Assembly (NCBI GenBank): GCA_965216545.1
Contig: OZ244172.1
Coordinates: forward strand, 3,654,763 to 3,718,762
Reading direction: 5' to 3'
Origin: Bryobacterales bacterium
GTDB taxonomy: Bacteria; Acidobacteriota; Terriglobia; Bryobacterales; UBA6623
Length of the DNA stretch: 64,000 nt
Positions within the stretch are counted from its first letter, which is position 1. Each line of letters begins with the position of its first letter. The notes under the pieces were generated by a model. The model had not been told where the DNA came from, did no database searches, and saw only the letters and a list, made by a program, of their open reading frames with translations. Shown in pieces: positions 55,831-64,000 of the stretch. The translations under genes and the position numbers were made by a program.

Positions 55831-56014
55831 AGTTGTCGGAATAAGGTGTGATGACTCACTCGAACGGGAGCCCTGGATGCACGTCGCCAGCCACCGCCGG
55901 GGCGCCCGTGAAAGTGGCGTCAAATCAGCGTGTTGGACAATTCTTACGCATGCCGCCGCCGTGTCGGCTGGGCGGCTGGCCGTGTCAGGGCGACCCGTCG
56001 CGGCCGCCGGCGGG

Positions 56015-56572
56015 CTAGCGTTGTGAGCGCACCGGCACGGTCTCGCCCAGGCTCAAGTCGTCCAGATCCGCCCAAGTCTCGTCCGCGCGTTGCTGTACGA
56101 ACGTCAGCGTATCGACCCAGTGCTCGGCCGCGCCCCCGAACGATCGCCAGCGCTCCTCGGCCAGCTCGAGAATCTCACCGGCACGCGCCGGGTCATCCTC
56201 GGTGCACAAGGTAATGTGCGGCGTGTAAGGGAACCGGTCCTCGCCCTCGAACGGCCCCGTGCTCAACAGATCGTGCAGCGTCCGCAGCTCCGCCACACCC
56301 TGTTCGATCTCGAGCTTCAGCACGTTCGTCGAGGCAAACAGGTTGACTCTGCGGATGCGCAGCAAGAACGGATGGAAGATCGAGACGATCTGGCGGCACT
56401 TTTCGATGGCGCGGCCTGCTGAGACCGTAAGCGAGCGCGGCGGCAAGACCGTGACGTGCGCCTTATGCGGGCAGCCCGGCGTCAGCTCACATCGCAAGCC
56501 GTCTACGAAGCGCGCAAGGGGGCCGTGCGCATAAGAGACAACCGCAAACTGGTTTAGCATATCCGTCGGCAT
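56015..56572 (-). CDS. 2H phosphoesterase superfamily protein (LigT / 2'-5' RNA ligase-like)
   Basis: Two H-x-T-x motifs (HVTV, HITL) at the expected spacing. Confidence 0.75.
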   Translation of the reverse strand: MPTDMLNQFAVVSYAHGPLARFVDGLRCELTPGCPHKAHVTVLPPRSLTVSAGRAIEKCRQIVSIFHPFLLRIRRVNLFASTNVLKLEIEQGVAELRTLHDLLSTGPFEGEDRFPYTPHITLCTEDDPARAGEILELAEERWRSFGGAAEHWVDTLTFVQQRADETWADLDDLSLGETVPVRSQR

Positions 56573-56647
56573 GGCCGCTCTCCCTGTCTTCTCGGACAGG
56601 CGGTCCCCAACGACGAAGGCGAGCGCGACTCGCGCCCGCCATCCCTC

Positions 56648-56974
56648 TCATGATAGCGCTTGCAGAGCCTCTTCGGACGCCTCCGCTTTGTCCACGTCAA
56701 TCCAGGCTGCCGGTTCGAAGCCCCAGTAGCGGCAGATGAGCAGCCGATCGTCCTCGCCTAGCAGCACGTCGCCCACCCCGAATGCGCGTCGCTCGCCCCT
56801 CTCCGGAGCGTCTCCCTGCAGTCGCAACCAGGCGTCATAGGCGCTCACGGCGTCAATCGAGCCGTCTTCCTCGTAGTGCTTGATGCGGATGGGTTCCGGG
56901 CCGTTTCGGGGCGGCTTGTCCCGGAATTTGTCCAACTGCGCGTCGGTCAGCCAGAAAATCTGGAAGCGCGGCAT
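56648..56974 (-). CDS. small hypothetical protein
   Basis: 108 aa from the ATG at 56974 (MPRFQIFWLTDAQLDKF...) with protein-like composition. Confidence 0.5.
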   Translation of the reverse strand: MPRFQIFWLTDAQLDKFRDKPPRNGPEPIRIKHYEEDGSIDAVSAYDAWLRLQGDAPERGERRAFGVGDVLLGEDDRLLICRYWGFEPAAWIDVDKAEASEEALQALS

Positions 56975-57041
56975 CAGAGGTCCATTATGCACCAAACCGG
57001 CCGTACGGGAACAGAGTACCGTCGTTCTGTTGCGGCCTAAG

Positions 57042-58580
57042 TCAAGAGGCCGAGGAGCGCGCCGGCTGGCGGCCGACACCTGGGTAGGTGGGCCGCTCCA
57101 GGCTCTGCATGATCGAGACCGCGCCCGTGTACCCGAAGCCGGCGACGAACAGGCTCACGAACGGCGCCGAGGGCCAGGCGGCGATCTCCAGCAGCTCGAA
57201 CAGGCCCAGCGCCATCGCGCCCGCAGCCGCTAGGTTCGCCCACGGGACCCAGCCGAGCCGCGCGCCATACAGCGCCCTCGCCAATCGCGCCCGCTCCGAG
57301 CATTCACTCAGCTTCGCGGTCCGCTCGAATGGAGTCTGCATGGCGGCTAGAGCTTCCACCACCGCGCGCGAGTTGCTCCAGATCAGCCCGATCCCGCAAG
57401 CCAAGGTCGCCGGGAACAGCACTACATCTCGCAGAGCCAGGCCGCCGCGCAACGCCGCGCGCGGGATCAAATAGTAAGCCGCAAGCGAGCCGAACGTTGC
57501 GAGGAAGATCGGCGCATCCAAAGCCAGCATCCACGGCGCCATCTGTTGGGAGCGCACCACCGCCGCCGGCACGATCGCCACCGCCAGCAACGCCATCAGC
57601 GGATAGCTCGCGTTGGCCCCGAAGTGCAGCAGCGCTTCCGCTTTGACGCGCCACGGCAGCCGCGCTCGCAGGATGCGCGGCAACAGAGAGAGCCCAGTCT
57701 GCACCAGCCCTTTCGCCCACCGCGCTTGTTGCGTCTGGAACGACGCCATGTCGGCCGGCAACTCCGACTCCACCGCCACCTCGGGCAGGTAGACGAACCG
57801 CCAGCCCGCGAGCTGAGCGCGATAGCTCAGATCGGTGTCCTCGGTGAGCGTGTCGTGAGGCCACCCTCCGACGTCCTCGATCGCCTCCCGTCGCAATACC
57901 CCGGCAGTGCCATTGAAGTTGAAGAACAGGCCGGAGCGGCTGCGCGCCACCTGTTCGATCACGAAGTGGGCGTCGAGCAGCATGCCCTGGATGCGCGTCA
58001 GCAGCGACTGCTCGCGGTTGCGATACTCCCAGCGCGCTTGCACGCAGCCCACGCGAGGGTCGGCAAAGTGCGGAACCGTGCGGCGCAGGAAGTCCGGGGC
58101 GGGGGAGAAGTCGGCGTCGAACAGCGCCACCATCTCGCCGTTCGCGCATTGCAGCCCGGCCTGCAATGCACCCGCTTTGTACCCGGTACGGCGCGTGCGG
58201 TGCAGATACTGGATAGGATGTCCGGCCGCGGCCAGCCGCAACACCGCGTGGCGCGCCACGCGCGCCGTCTCGTCGGTCGAATCATCGAGCACTTGGATCT
58301 CGAGCTTCTCGCGGGGGTAGTCCAGCCGGCAGACCGCCTCGAGCAGGCCCTCAACCACGAAACGCTCGTTGTACACGGGCAACTGCACGGTCACGCGCGG
58401 CCAGTCCTCGGGCGTTGGAGGCTCGGGCGAGGGCCGGTCGCGCAGCCGCCGGAAGAGCCGGATCAGATGCATCCGGTGCGCTCCGTGCACGCTCAGGGCC
58501 GCCATCACTAGAAAATAGAGGCTGACCGCCGCCCAGTCGGCCGGCGCCGCGAGCAAGGATGCAGGATCGAGTGGAAACAT
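57042..58580 (-). CDS. membrane-bound family-2 glycosyltransferase (processive, CesA/CelA-like)
   Basis: QVLDDSTDET, DADF and QQARWAKG (QxxRW) motifs with flanking TM segments. Confidence 0.85.
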   Translation of the reverse strand: MFPLDPASLLAAPADWAAVSLYFLVMAALSVHGAHRMHLIRLFRRLRDRPSPEPPTPEDWPRVTVQLPVYNERFVVEGLLEAVCRLDYPREKLEIQVLDDSTDETARVARHAVLRLAAAGHPIQYLHRTRRTGYKAGALQAGLQCANGEMVALFDADFSPAPDFLRRTVPHFADPRVGCVQARWEYRNREQSLLTRIQGMLLDAHFVIEQVARSRSGLFFNFNGTAGVLRREAIEDVGGWPHDTLTEDTDLSYRAQLAGWRFVYLPEVAVESELPADMASFQTQQARWAKGLVQTGLSLLPRILRARLPWRVKAEALLHFGANASYPLMALLAVAIVPAAVVRSQQMAPWMLALDAPIFLATFGSLAAYYLIPRAALRGGLALRDVVLFPATLACGIGLIWSNSRAVVEALAAMQTPFERTAKLSECSERARLARALYGARLGWVPWANLAAAGAMALGLFELLEIAAWPSAPFVSLFVAGFGYTGAVSIMQSLERPTYPGVGRQPARSSAS

Positions 58581-58610
58581 TGGGGTCGCTAGGCTCCCCG
58601 GCCGCCGCGC

Positions 58611-59960
58611 ATGAGTGAAGGCAATCGATTTCGCCTCATCGTCCTGCTCGGACTGCTCATGCTGGGCGGCTTCGTCGCGCTCGCCAGCCTCGGATCATTC
58701 TCCCAGAGCATCGGCGAGCTGGTCTTTGGCTTTCTAGCTCTGTCTCTATTGTACCTTGGGGCCTGTTGGGCGGCCCTGGCCGGGCCGTGGCGTTACGAAG
58801 GTCAACGGCTGCGCATGGCGACGATCGTCGGCCTGGCCGTGCTGTTTCGCCTCTCCGTCGTCTCACTCTCTCCGGGGCTCTCCGAGGACCTTTACCGCTA
58901 CCGTTGGCAGGGCAAGCTGCAGAGCGCCGGCGGAAACCCCTACACGGAGGTCCCGGCCGATCCCAAATGGTCCGGGCTCCAAGATTCGACCTGGGAGCGC
59001 GTCAATCGCAAGGATCTGCCCTCGGTCTACGGCCCGGTTTACGAGCTCCTCCACGCCGGGTGGTATCGCGCGGCGGTGGCTTGGACCCCCGATGAACACG
59101 CCCAGGCCTGGAGCTTCAAGCTCCCCTTTGCCGTCCTCGAGCTCGGCGTTGGAGCGGCGCTGCTGTGGCTGCTGACCCTGTGGCGCATGGCGCCCGAGCG
59201 CGCTCTGCTCTACCTGTGGTCGCCGCTGATGGTGCTGGAGCTCTGGGCGCAAGGCCACAACGATTCGCTAACGGTCCTCTTGGTCCTGCTGGCGCTATGC
59301 CTGGCGAAGAAGCAGCGCTGGGGCTGGGCCTTCGCGGCGCTCGGCGCGGCGACGATGGCCAAGTTCTGGCCTGCCGCGCTGTTCCCGTTCTGCCTCTTGC
59401 AGCGCGTCGAGGGCCGCTGGCATTTCCGCTGGCGGGCGGCCCTGGCAGCCGTGCCGGTCATGGTCATTCTGAGCCTGCCCTACTGGGGCTCGCTCGCCAA
59501 CGTCACCGAGGTGCTCGAGGGCTTCGTGGGCGGCTGGCGCAACAACGACAGCCTGTTCGGCTGGATCTACGCCTGGGCCGAGGAAGACTTCGACCGGGCG
59601 ACCTTGCTCGTCGGCCGCTTCATCGTCGTTGCGCTGGCCGGCCTTTGGGCGCTCCAGCTCTCCTTGCCGCGGGCGGCGTTGTGGACGCCTGTCGTTCTGC
59701 TGTTTCTCTCCGCCAACTGTTTCCCGTGGTATTTGAGCTGGTTCTTGCCGTTGCTAGCCTTGTTTCCTAACGCCGCGCTGCTGTTGTGGACCTCGACGGT
59801 CATCCTCGCCTACCACGTGGTTGCGCCCTATGCCTTGCTCGGCGAGTGGCGTTACGACCCGTTTCTGCTCGAGCTCGAGTACTGGCCGGTCTTCGGTTTG
59901 CTGATCGGCTCCGCGGTGGTGCGTCTGCTCTGGCGGAAGTCTCGCCGCGGACGCGCGTAG
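58611..59960 (+). CDS. polytopic GT-C-like membrane protein (DUF2029 / GT87-like mannosyltransferase fold)
   Basis: SEDLYRYRWQGKL..GGNPY loop motif after the first TM segments, then about 10 further TM segments. Confidence 0.6.
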   Translation: MSEGNRFRLIVLLGLLMLGGFVALASLGSFSQSIGELVFGFLALSLLYLGACWAALAGPWRYEGQRLRMATIVGLAVLFRLSVVSLSPGLSEDLYRYRWQGKLQSAGGNPYTEVPADPKWSGLQDSTWERVNRKDLPSVYGPVYELLHAGWYRAAVAWTPDEHAQAWSFKLPFAVLELGVGAALLWLLTLWRMAPERALLYLWSPLMVLELWAQGHNDSLTVLLVLLALCLAKKQRWGWAFAALGAATMAKFWPAALFPFCLLQRVEGRWHFRWRAALAAVPVMVILSLPYWGSLANVTEVLEGFVGGWRNNDSLFGWIYAWAEEDFDRATLLVGRFIVVALAGLWALQLSLPRAALWTPVVLLFLSANCFPWYLSWFLPLLALFPNAALLLWTSTVILAYHVVAPYALLGEWRYDPFLLELEYWPVFGLLIGSAVVRLLWRKSRRGRA

Positions 59961-61595
59961 TTACCGGCCCTGCAAGCTCCGAAGCGCCTCGGCCGCTTGC
60001 GGATCCCCATAGGGCCAGCTCGCAAGATACAGCTCGAGCGCCGCCCGCGCCCGCGCCGCGTCGCCGGCTTGCAGGTAGAGATAGCCCAGCGTCCGGGCGC
60101 ATCGGGACAGCTCCCGGTCGTGCTCGACCGACAGTCGGCAAGACGCCTCCAAGTGCTCGGTCACGCCCGACTTCGCGAGCTCGCGCCCCTCCAGCGCACC
60201 GCTGCCCTGTCGCACGAACACCACCGCCTGCGCGTCCTGGTGCGCCAGCCGCCAATCGTGATTTCCCGGATCGCCTAGCCTCAGGATCAACGGATACACG
60301 ACCCCCGAGACGTACTCGAAGCCGTTCATCACCACGATGTCGACGGCGTACTGCCCCAGCAGCCTGTCCGAGGCGCCCGGGTCGCCCTCGGCGCCGTAGA
60401 GAATCGTGCGGTAGTCCCCGTACACCGACTCGTTGAGCGCGCGACCGTCGATGAACACCTTGCGCTCGGGGCCGACGGCCCACATCAGGTAGCCGCCGTA
60501 CTCGTAGGTGTTAAACAGCTTCCGCTCCGGCGAGGCTTCCGCCAGCAGGTGTGCGGCGGCCTTGGGAAACTTCCATTCCGCCGCCCGCAGGTGGAACAAC
60601 TTGGCTTGTGCGGACCGCCACGCCAACAGTGCGACCACCAGCGCCAGCAAGCCCCCCACGGCGTTACGCGAGTCGAGCCGCCCGACGCCCGGCGTGTAGG
60701 CCGCCAAGAAGATCGGCGCGAAGAATGCGACGAACGGCAGATTGCGGAACGCCAGCAGTGAAGCCGCGCCGAATGCGACGAACAGCAGCGCATCGGCGAG
60801 CCGCACCCGTCGCCACTGCCACAACATCACCGCCGCGGTCGCATAGAGCAGCAGTTGAAACACGTACGGCGGGCCCCACAACGGGGGCCGCGACCACTCG
60901 ATCAGCGTCGTCGTCAAGTAGCTCTGGCGGTAGCCCGCGAGCACCGAGAAGATCCCGTACCCGCTCGGGTTGAGCCCGGAGAGCAGCAACGCCGCGCCCG
61001 CCGCGATCCACAGCGGCTTGCGGCGCTCTGCAATAGCGTAGGCCCCCAGCACCACGAAGCCCATGAAGAAACCGCCGTGCGCATTCGCCCACAGCAGTTG
61101 CAGCAGCGGCAGCGCATACAGGAGCCTGTCCTCGCCGCTCTCGAGAATCAGCACGTAGACCGCCGCCATCGCAAAGGTGACCAGCGCCGGACGGTCCGCC
61201 GCGAACAGTAGTAGAAACGGCACGCCCGCCAGCGCCGCCAACACGCCCGCCGCCAGCGACTCCGAACGCCGCCAGGCCAACCAGCCCGCCGTTCCGCAGA
61301 AGAACGTCAACAGCAGCGTCTTGAGCAGCACAACCCCCGGAAATCCCGCGCCGACCCACACCGCGTACCACGCCAGCTGCGCCAGCCACTCGTGCGTCAG
61401 GTTGAAGCGCCGCACCCGCGCCTCGCCCGGGTAGGCTTCCTCGCCCAGACCCGCCGTGTACGAGAACGGGTCGGGAACCGGCAACGCACGCTCCTGCGCC
61501 AGGTAGCGCCCCGTGGCCAAGTTCCACCAGAAGTCGGTATCGGCGATCGGGGTAGCGAACGAGCCGAGCAGGAACAGCAACGTAGCCGCGATCAA
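59961..61595 (-). CDS. polytopic membrane protein with C-terminal TPR-like soluble domain
   Basis: About 11 TM segments, then a soluble tail ending in TPR-like YLYLQAGDAARARAALELYL. Confidence 0.6.
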   Translation of the reverse strand: MIAATLLFLLGSFATPIADTDFWWNLATGRYLAQERALPVPDPFSYTAGLGEEAYPGEARVRRFNLTHEWLAQLAWYAVWVGAGFPGVVLLKTLLLTFFCGTAGWLAWRRSESLAAGVLAALAGVPFLLLFAADRPALVTFAMAAVYVLILESGEDRLLYALPLLQLLWANAHGGFFMGFVVLGAYAIAERRKPLWIAAGAALLLSGLNPSGYGIFSVLAGYRQSYLTTTLIEWSRPPLWGPPYVFQLLLYATAAVMLWQWRRVRLADALLFVAFGAASLLAFRNLPFVAFFAPIFLAAYTPGVGRLDSRNAVGGLLALVVALLAWRSAQAKLFHLRAAEWKFPKAAAHLLAEASPERKLFNTYEYGGYLMWAVGPERKVFIDGRALNESVYGDYRTILYGAEGDPGASDRLLGQYAVDIVVMNGFEYVSGVVYPLILRLGDPGNHDWRLAHQDAQAVVFVRQGSGALEGRELAKSGVTEHLEASCRLSVEHDRELSRCARTLGYLYLQAGDAARARAALELYLASWPYGDPQAAEALRSLQGR

Positions 61596-61713
61596 GGCCT
61601 TTGCCGCAGGCCCCAGGGCAGGCGTCGCCGGCGGCGTTTTCGCTGCTGACGCGGTCTTCGACAGAACGATCAGGCTAGCATGGGGCGTCGCCGGCCTCCC
61701 CGCAATTTCTCCG

Positions 61714-62724
61714 TCAAACGACAGCCGTCTCGAGCAGCCTCAGCGTCCCCGCGTCTGCGTCCAACTCCGCCTCGCAGCCAATCGGGATGACCGCCTGATC
61801 CTCGATGTGCCCGATCATCAAGCCCCGCAACGCCGGCTTGCCCAGCGGCTCGAAGCGGTCGCGGAGAATCCGCTCGATCGAGCGGCTGCTGCCGCGTTCC
61901 GGTTGCGACTCGGTAAACTTGCCGATCGCAAAGCCCGCGGCTCCCTCGAGCGCTCCCGCCAACCACAGATGCGTCAGCATGCGGTCGATGCGGTAGGGCG
62001 ACTCGTCGGTGTCTTCGAAGAACAAGATGCCGCCGTCGAAGCTCGGCGCGTAGGGCGTCCCGAGCATCCCCGACAGCAACGTCAGGTTCCCGCCGATGAG
62101 CCGCCCGCGCGCTTTGCCGCCCACGATTGGCGTCAGGCGGTTTTCGCGCTCTACCCGGCCCGGCCGGGCTTCGAATCGCGGCGGCGAGGCGAGCCTCAGC
62201 GGAGCTCGCGGCTCCTGCAGCACGCTGCGGAACGCCTCGACCGAATACTCGCTCCAGCTCTGCCTAGCGATCGGCCCGTGAAACCCGACCAGCCCGGTGT
62301 TCGCGTAGATGCCGTTGAGCAGCGCCGTCACGTCGCTGTAGCCGATCAGCGCCTTGGGGTTGCGCGCGATCGTCCGGTAGTCGAGGTAGGGCAGAATGCG
62401 CTGCGCCCCGTATCCCCCGCGCAGCGCGATCAGCCCGTCCACCGAGTCGTCGGCGAACAGTGCGTTCACGCCGGCCGCCCTGTCCCGGTCTTCGCCAGCC
62501 AAATAGGCGCTCCGGTCGAACAGGTTCGCGGCGTGTTGGACGCGGAAGCCCAGCGACTCCACCGTTTCTGCCGCGAACCGCACGTCTTCGTCTTCCCACG
62601 CTCCGCTCGAGGGCGCGCAGATTCCGATCGTGTCGCCGGGCCGCAGCCGCTTCGGCTTGACGAGCCCGCGCGCCTTCGCCAACGGCGCGACCGCCAGGCT
62701 TGCCAGTAGACTGCGCCGTGTCAT
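61714..62724 (-). CDS. LD-carboxypeptidase (peptidase S66, LdcA/MccF-like)
   Basis: GDTIGICAPSS, LIGYSDVTAL and a C-terminal GH.E pattern. Signal-like MTRRSLLASLAVAPLA. Confidence 0.8.
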   Translation of the reverse strand: MTRRSLLASLAVAPLAKARGLVKPKRLRPGDTIGICAPSSGAWEDEDVRFAAETVESLGFRVQHAANLFDRSAYLAGEDRDRAAGVNALFADDSVDGLIALRGGYGAQRILPYLDYRTIARNPKALIGYSDVTALLNGIYANTGLVGFHGPIARQSWSEYSVEAFRSVLQEPRAPLRLASPPRFEARPGRVERENRLTPIVGGKARGRLIGGNLTLLSGMLGTPYAPSFDGGILFFEDTDESPYRIDRMLTHLWLAGALEGAAGFAIGKFTESQPERGSSRSIERILRDRFEPLGKPALRGLMIGHIEDQAVIPIGCEAELDADAGTLRLLETAVV

Positions 62725-62734
62725 CCCCCGCATC

Positions 62735-63943
62735 CTACAGCACGCCGTACGCCCGCCCCATCCAGTAGGGCAGCAGGAAGTCCACCCCCGCCGTTTCGAT
62801 GAACCCGTCTCCGCCGCCAAAGAGCAAGAACGGGCTGCGCTGCCACAGGAAGTCGGTGTTGACCCGCCGCTCCACCGGAATCGCCTCGCAAGCCCGGTCC
62901 TCGCCGCAAGCTTGCACCTCGCCACGCAGGTCGACGAAGAAGTCTCGCCGCGGCCGGCGCGTCCACGCTGTGAGCAGTTCTGTCACCCGCAGGTCGCGCC
63001 GCGCATCGGGTCCCTGGAGCGCCCGGTCGATCACGTCGAAGTGGGCGTTGCCGTGGTCGTCCACCGTGCGCCGAAAAAGCCGGTAGGCATCCAAGTAGCG
63101 TTCGCGGTGCGTCGCCGAGAGCTCGCCGCGAATCAAGCAGAACATCCCGATCGCCACCAAGTTCAGCTTGAAGTACGACTCGTGCGGCTCCGCCACCTCG
63201 AACGCCACCGGCGCCATCACGCCCAACGAGCCCAGGAAGCGCTCATTCCGGTAGGGCGAGCTGAAGCGCTCGTCGTTGACCTGCCTGCCCACTTGCAGCA
63301 GCGCAAGCCGCTGATCAACCCGCTGCCAGAACACCGTGCTCGCTTCGCCGTCGGGCATCCGCACCGCCCAACCCCTGTCGAGCAAGAGCTCGAGCGCCCG
63401 CGTCGCGATCGTGCGGATCTCCGCCCGAACCTCCGCATCCGCAATCCATTCGTAGGCGACGCTCAGCCCAAAGAACACCCCCATGTATTGGTCCCGCGAG
63501 GTGTTGCCGAACCACACCGCGGGCTTGCCTTCCAACGTCGACTCGTAGATCCCGTGGTGCGCCTCTTCGGCCGCCACCGCATTGAGCCACGGCGAGTCCG
63601 CTGGCATCCAAAGCCGCGCCAGCAGGTTCGTACCCGTCACCTCGATCAGCCGGCGCAACCCGCGAATCGCTCCGCGCGCCTGCGCAAGCGCCGCCGGATC
63701 GCCGGTCGCAACGAAACGGTAGGTCTGCGCCGCCAAGTAGTGCCCGGTCCAGATGGCCGAGTCGCCTCCGCGCGTATATGCGCGGATCTGGCGGCTCCAG
63801 GGTGCGACGAAGATGGGATCGAGAATCGTGCCGTGCGGCAGGTGCCGAGCCTCGATGTCGCGCTGCACCTGAGCGGCGATGCGCTCGAACGAGAGGCGCG
63901 TCCGATCGATACGGGCGCGCAAAGGCGGGGAAAACGTGCTCAT
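62735..63943 (-). CDS. hypothetical protein (402 aa), possibly alpha/alpha-toroid fold
   Basis: Protein-like composition, co-directional with the carboxypeptidase and 10 nt upstream of it. Family not recognised. Confidence 0.5.
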   Translation of the reverse strand: MSTFSPPLRARIDRTRLSFERIAAQVQRDIEARHLPHGTILDPIFVAPWSRQIRAYTRGGDSAIWTGHYLAAQTYRFVATGDPAALAQARGAIRGLRRLIEVTGTNLLARLWMPADSPWLNAVAAEEAHHGIYESTLEGKPAVWFGNTSRDQYMGVFFGLSVAYEWIADAEVRAEIRTIATRALELLLDRGWAVRMPDGEASTVFWQRVDQRLALLQVGRQVNDERFSSPYRNERFLGSLGVMAPVAFEVAEPHESYFKLNLVAIGMFCLIRGELSATHRERYLDAYRLFRRTVDDHGNAHFDVIDRALQGPDARRDLRVTELLTAWTRRPRRDFFVDLRGEVQACGEDRACEAIPVERRVNTDFLWQRSPFLLFGGGDGFIETAGVDFLLPYWMGRAYGVL

Positions 63944-64000
63944 TCGCGCTGGCCTCGGGCGGGCGCCCTCTCATTCTCGGGCGCCCGCCCCGCCTGCGCA

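Noticed and set aside
55458-56014. RNase P RNA, SRP RNA or a known riboswitch in the long gap
   Set aside because: The conserved cores I can recall (GAGGAAAGUCCGG and ACAGAAxCCGGCUUA for RNase P, the B12 box, TPP CUGAGA, the SRP GGAAG/AGCAGC domain) are absent on both strands. The gap is retained only as an unclassified structured region.

Overview
High-GC bacterial chromosomal window, densely coding on both strands. It is probably Acidobacteriota, Solibacter/Bryobacter-like. That placement is inferred from two secreted proteins with the Solibacter-type C-terminal domain (TIGR03437-like), SBBP beta-propeller repeats, a DUF1080 protein and the overall gene content. Most of the window is housekeeping: sucCD-ndk, trpD, aroA, ggt, dut, recN, zapA, a complete tolQ-tolR-tolR-tolA-tolB-pal-cpoB cluster, and various hydrolases, transporters and glycosyltransferases. 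I found no rRNA, tRNA, CRISPR array, transposase or integrase. The stand-out locus is 1.6-7.9 kb, an imuA-imuB-dnaE2 SOS mutasome operon. Both of its gene junctions are occupied by a paralog of the four-helix-bundle family, which includes 23S rRNA intervening-sequence proteins and the DGR accessory protein Avd. Each paralog is bracketed by inverted arrays of phased heptanucleotide tandem repeats: GGGACAA-type around the first, GGTGCTA-type around the second. A further same-sense copy of each array lies in frame inside the next gene (imuB, dnaE2). Secondary points of interest are a B12-radical-SAM cluster with two mirror-image coiled-coil methyltransferases, a 557-bp structured non-coding gap at 55.5-56.0 kb, a ferredoxin-like gene pair, several large orphan secreted proteins, and a GT2 plus polytopic-membrane-protein cluster. 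Many long ORFs in the track are antisense shadow ORFs typical of high-GC DNA and were not called. All function calls rest on motifs read by eye, not on database searches.
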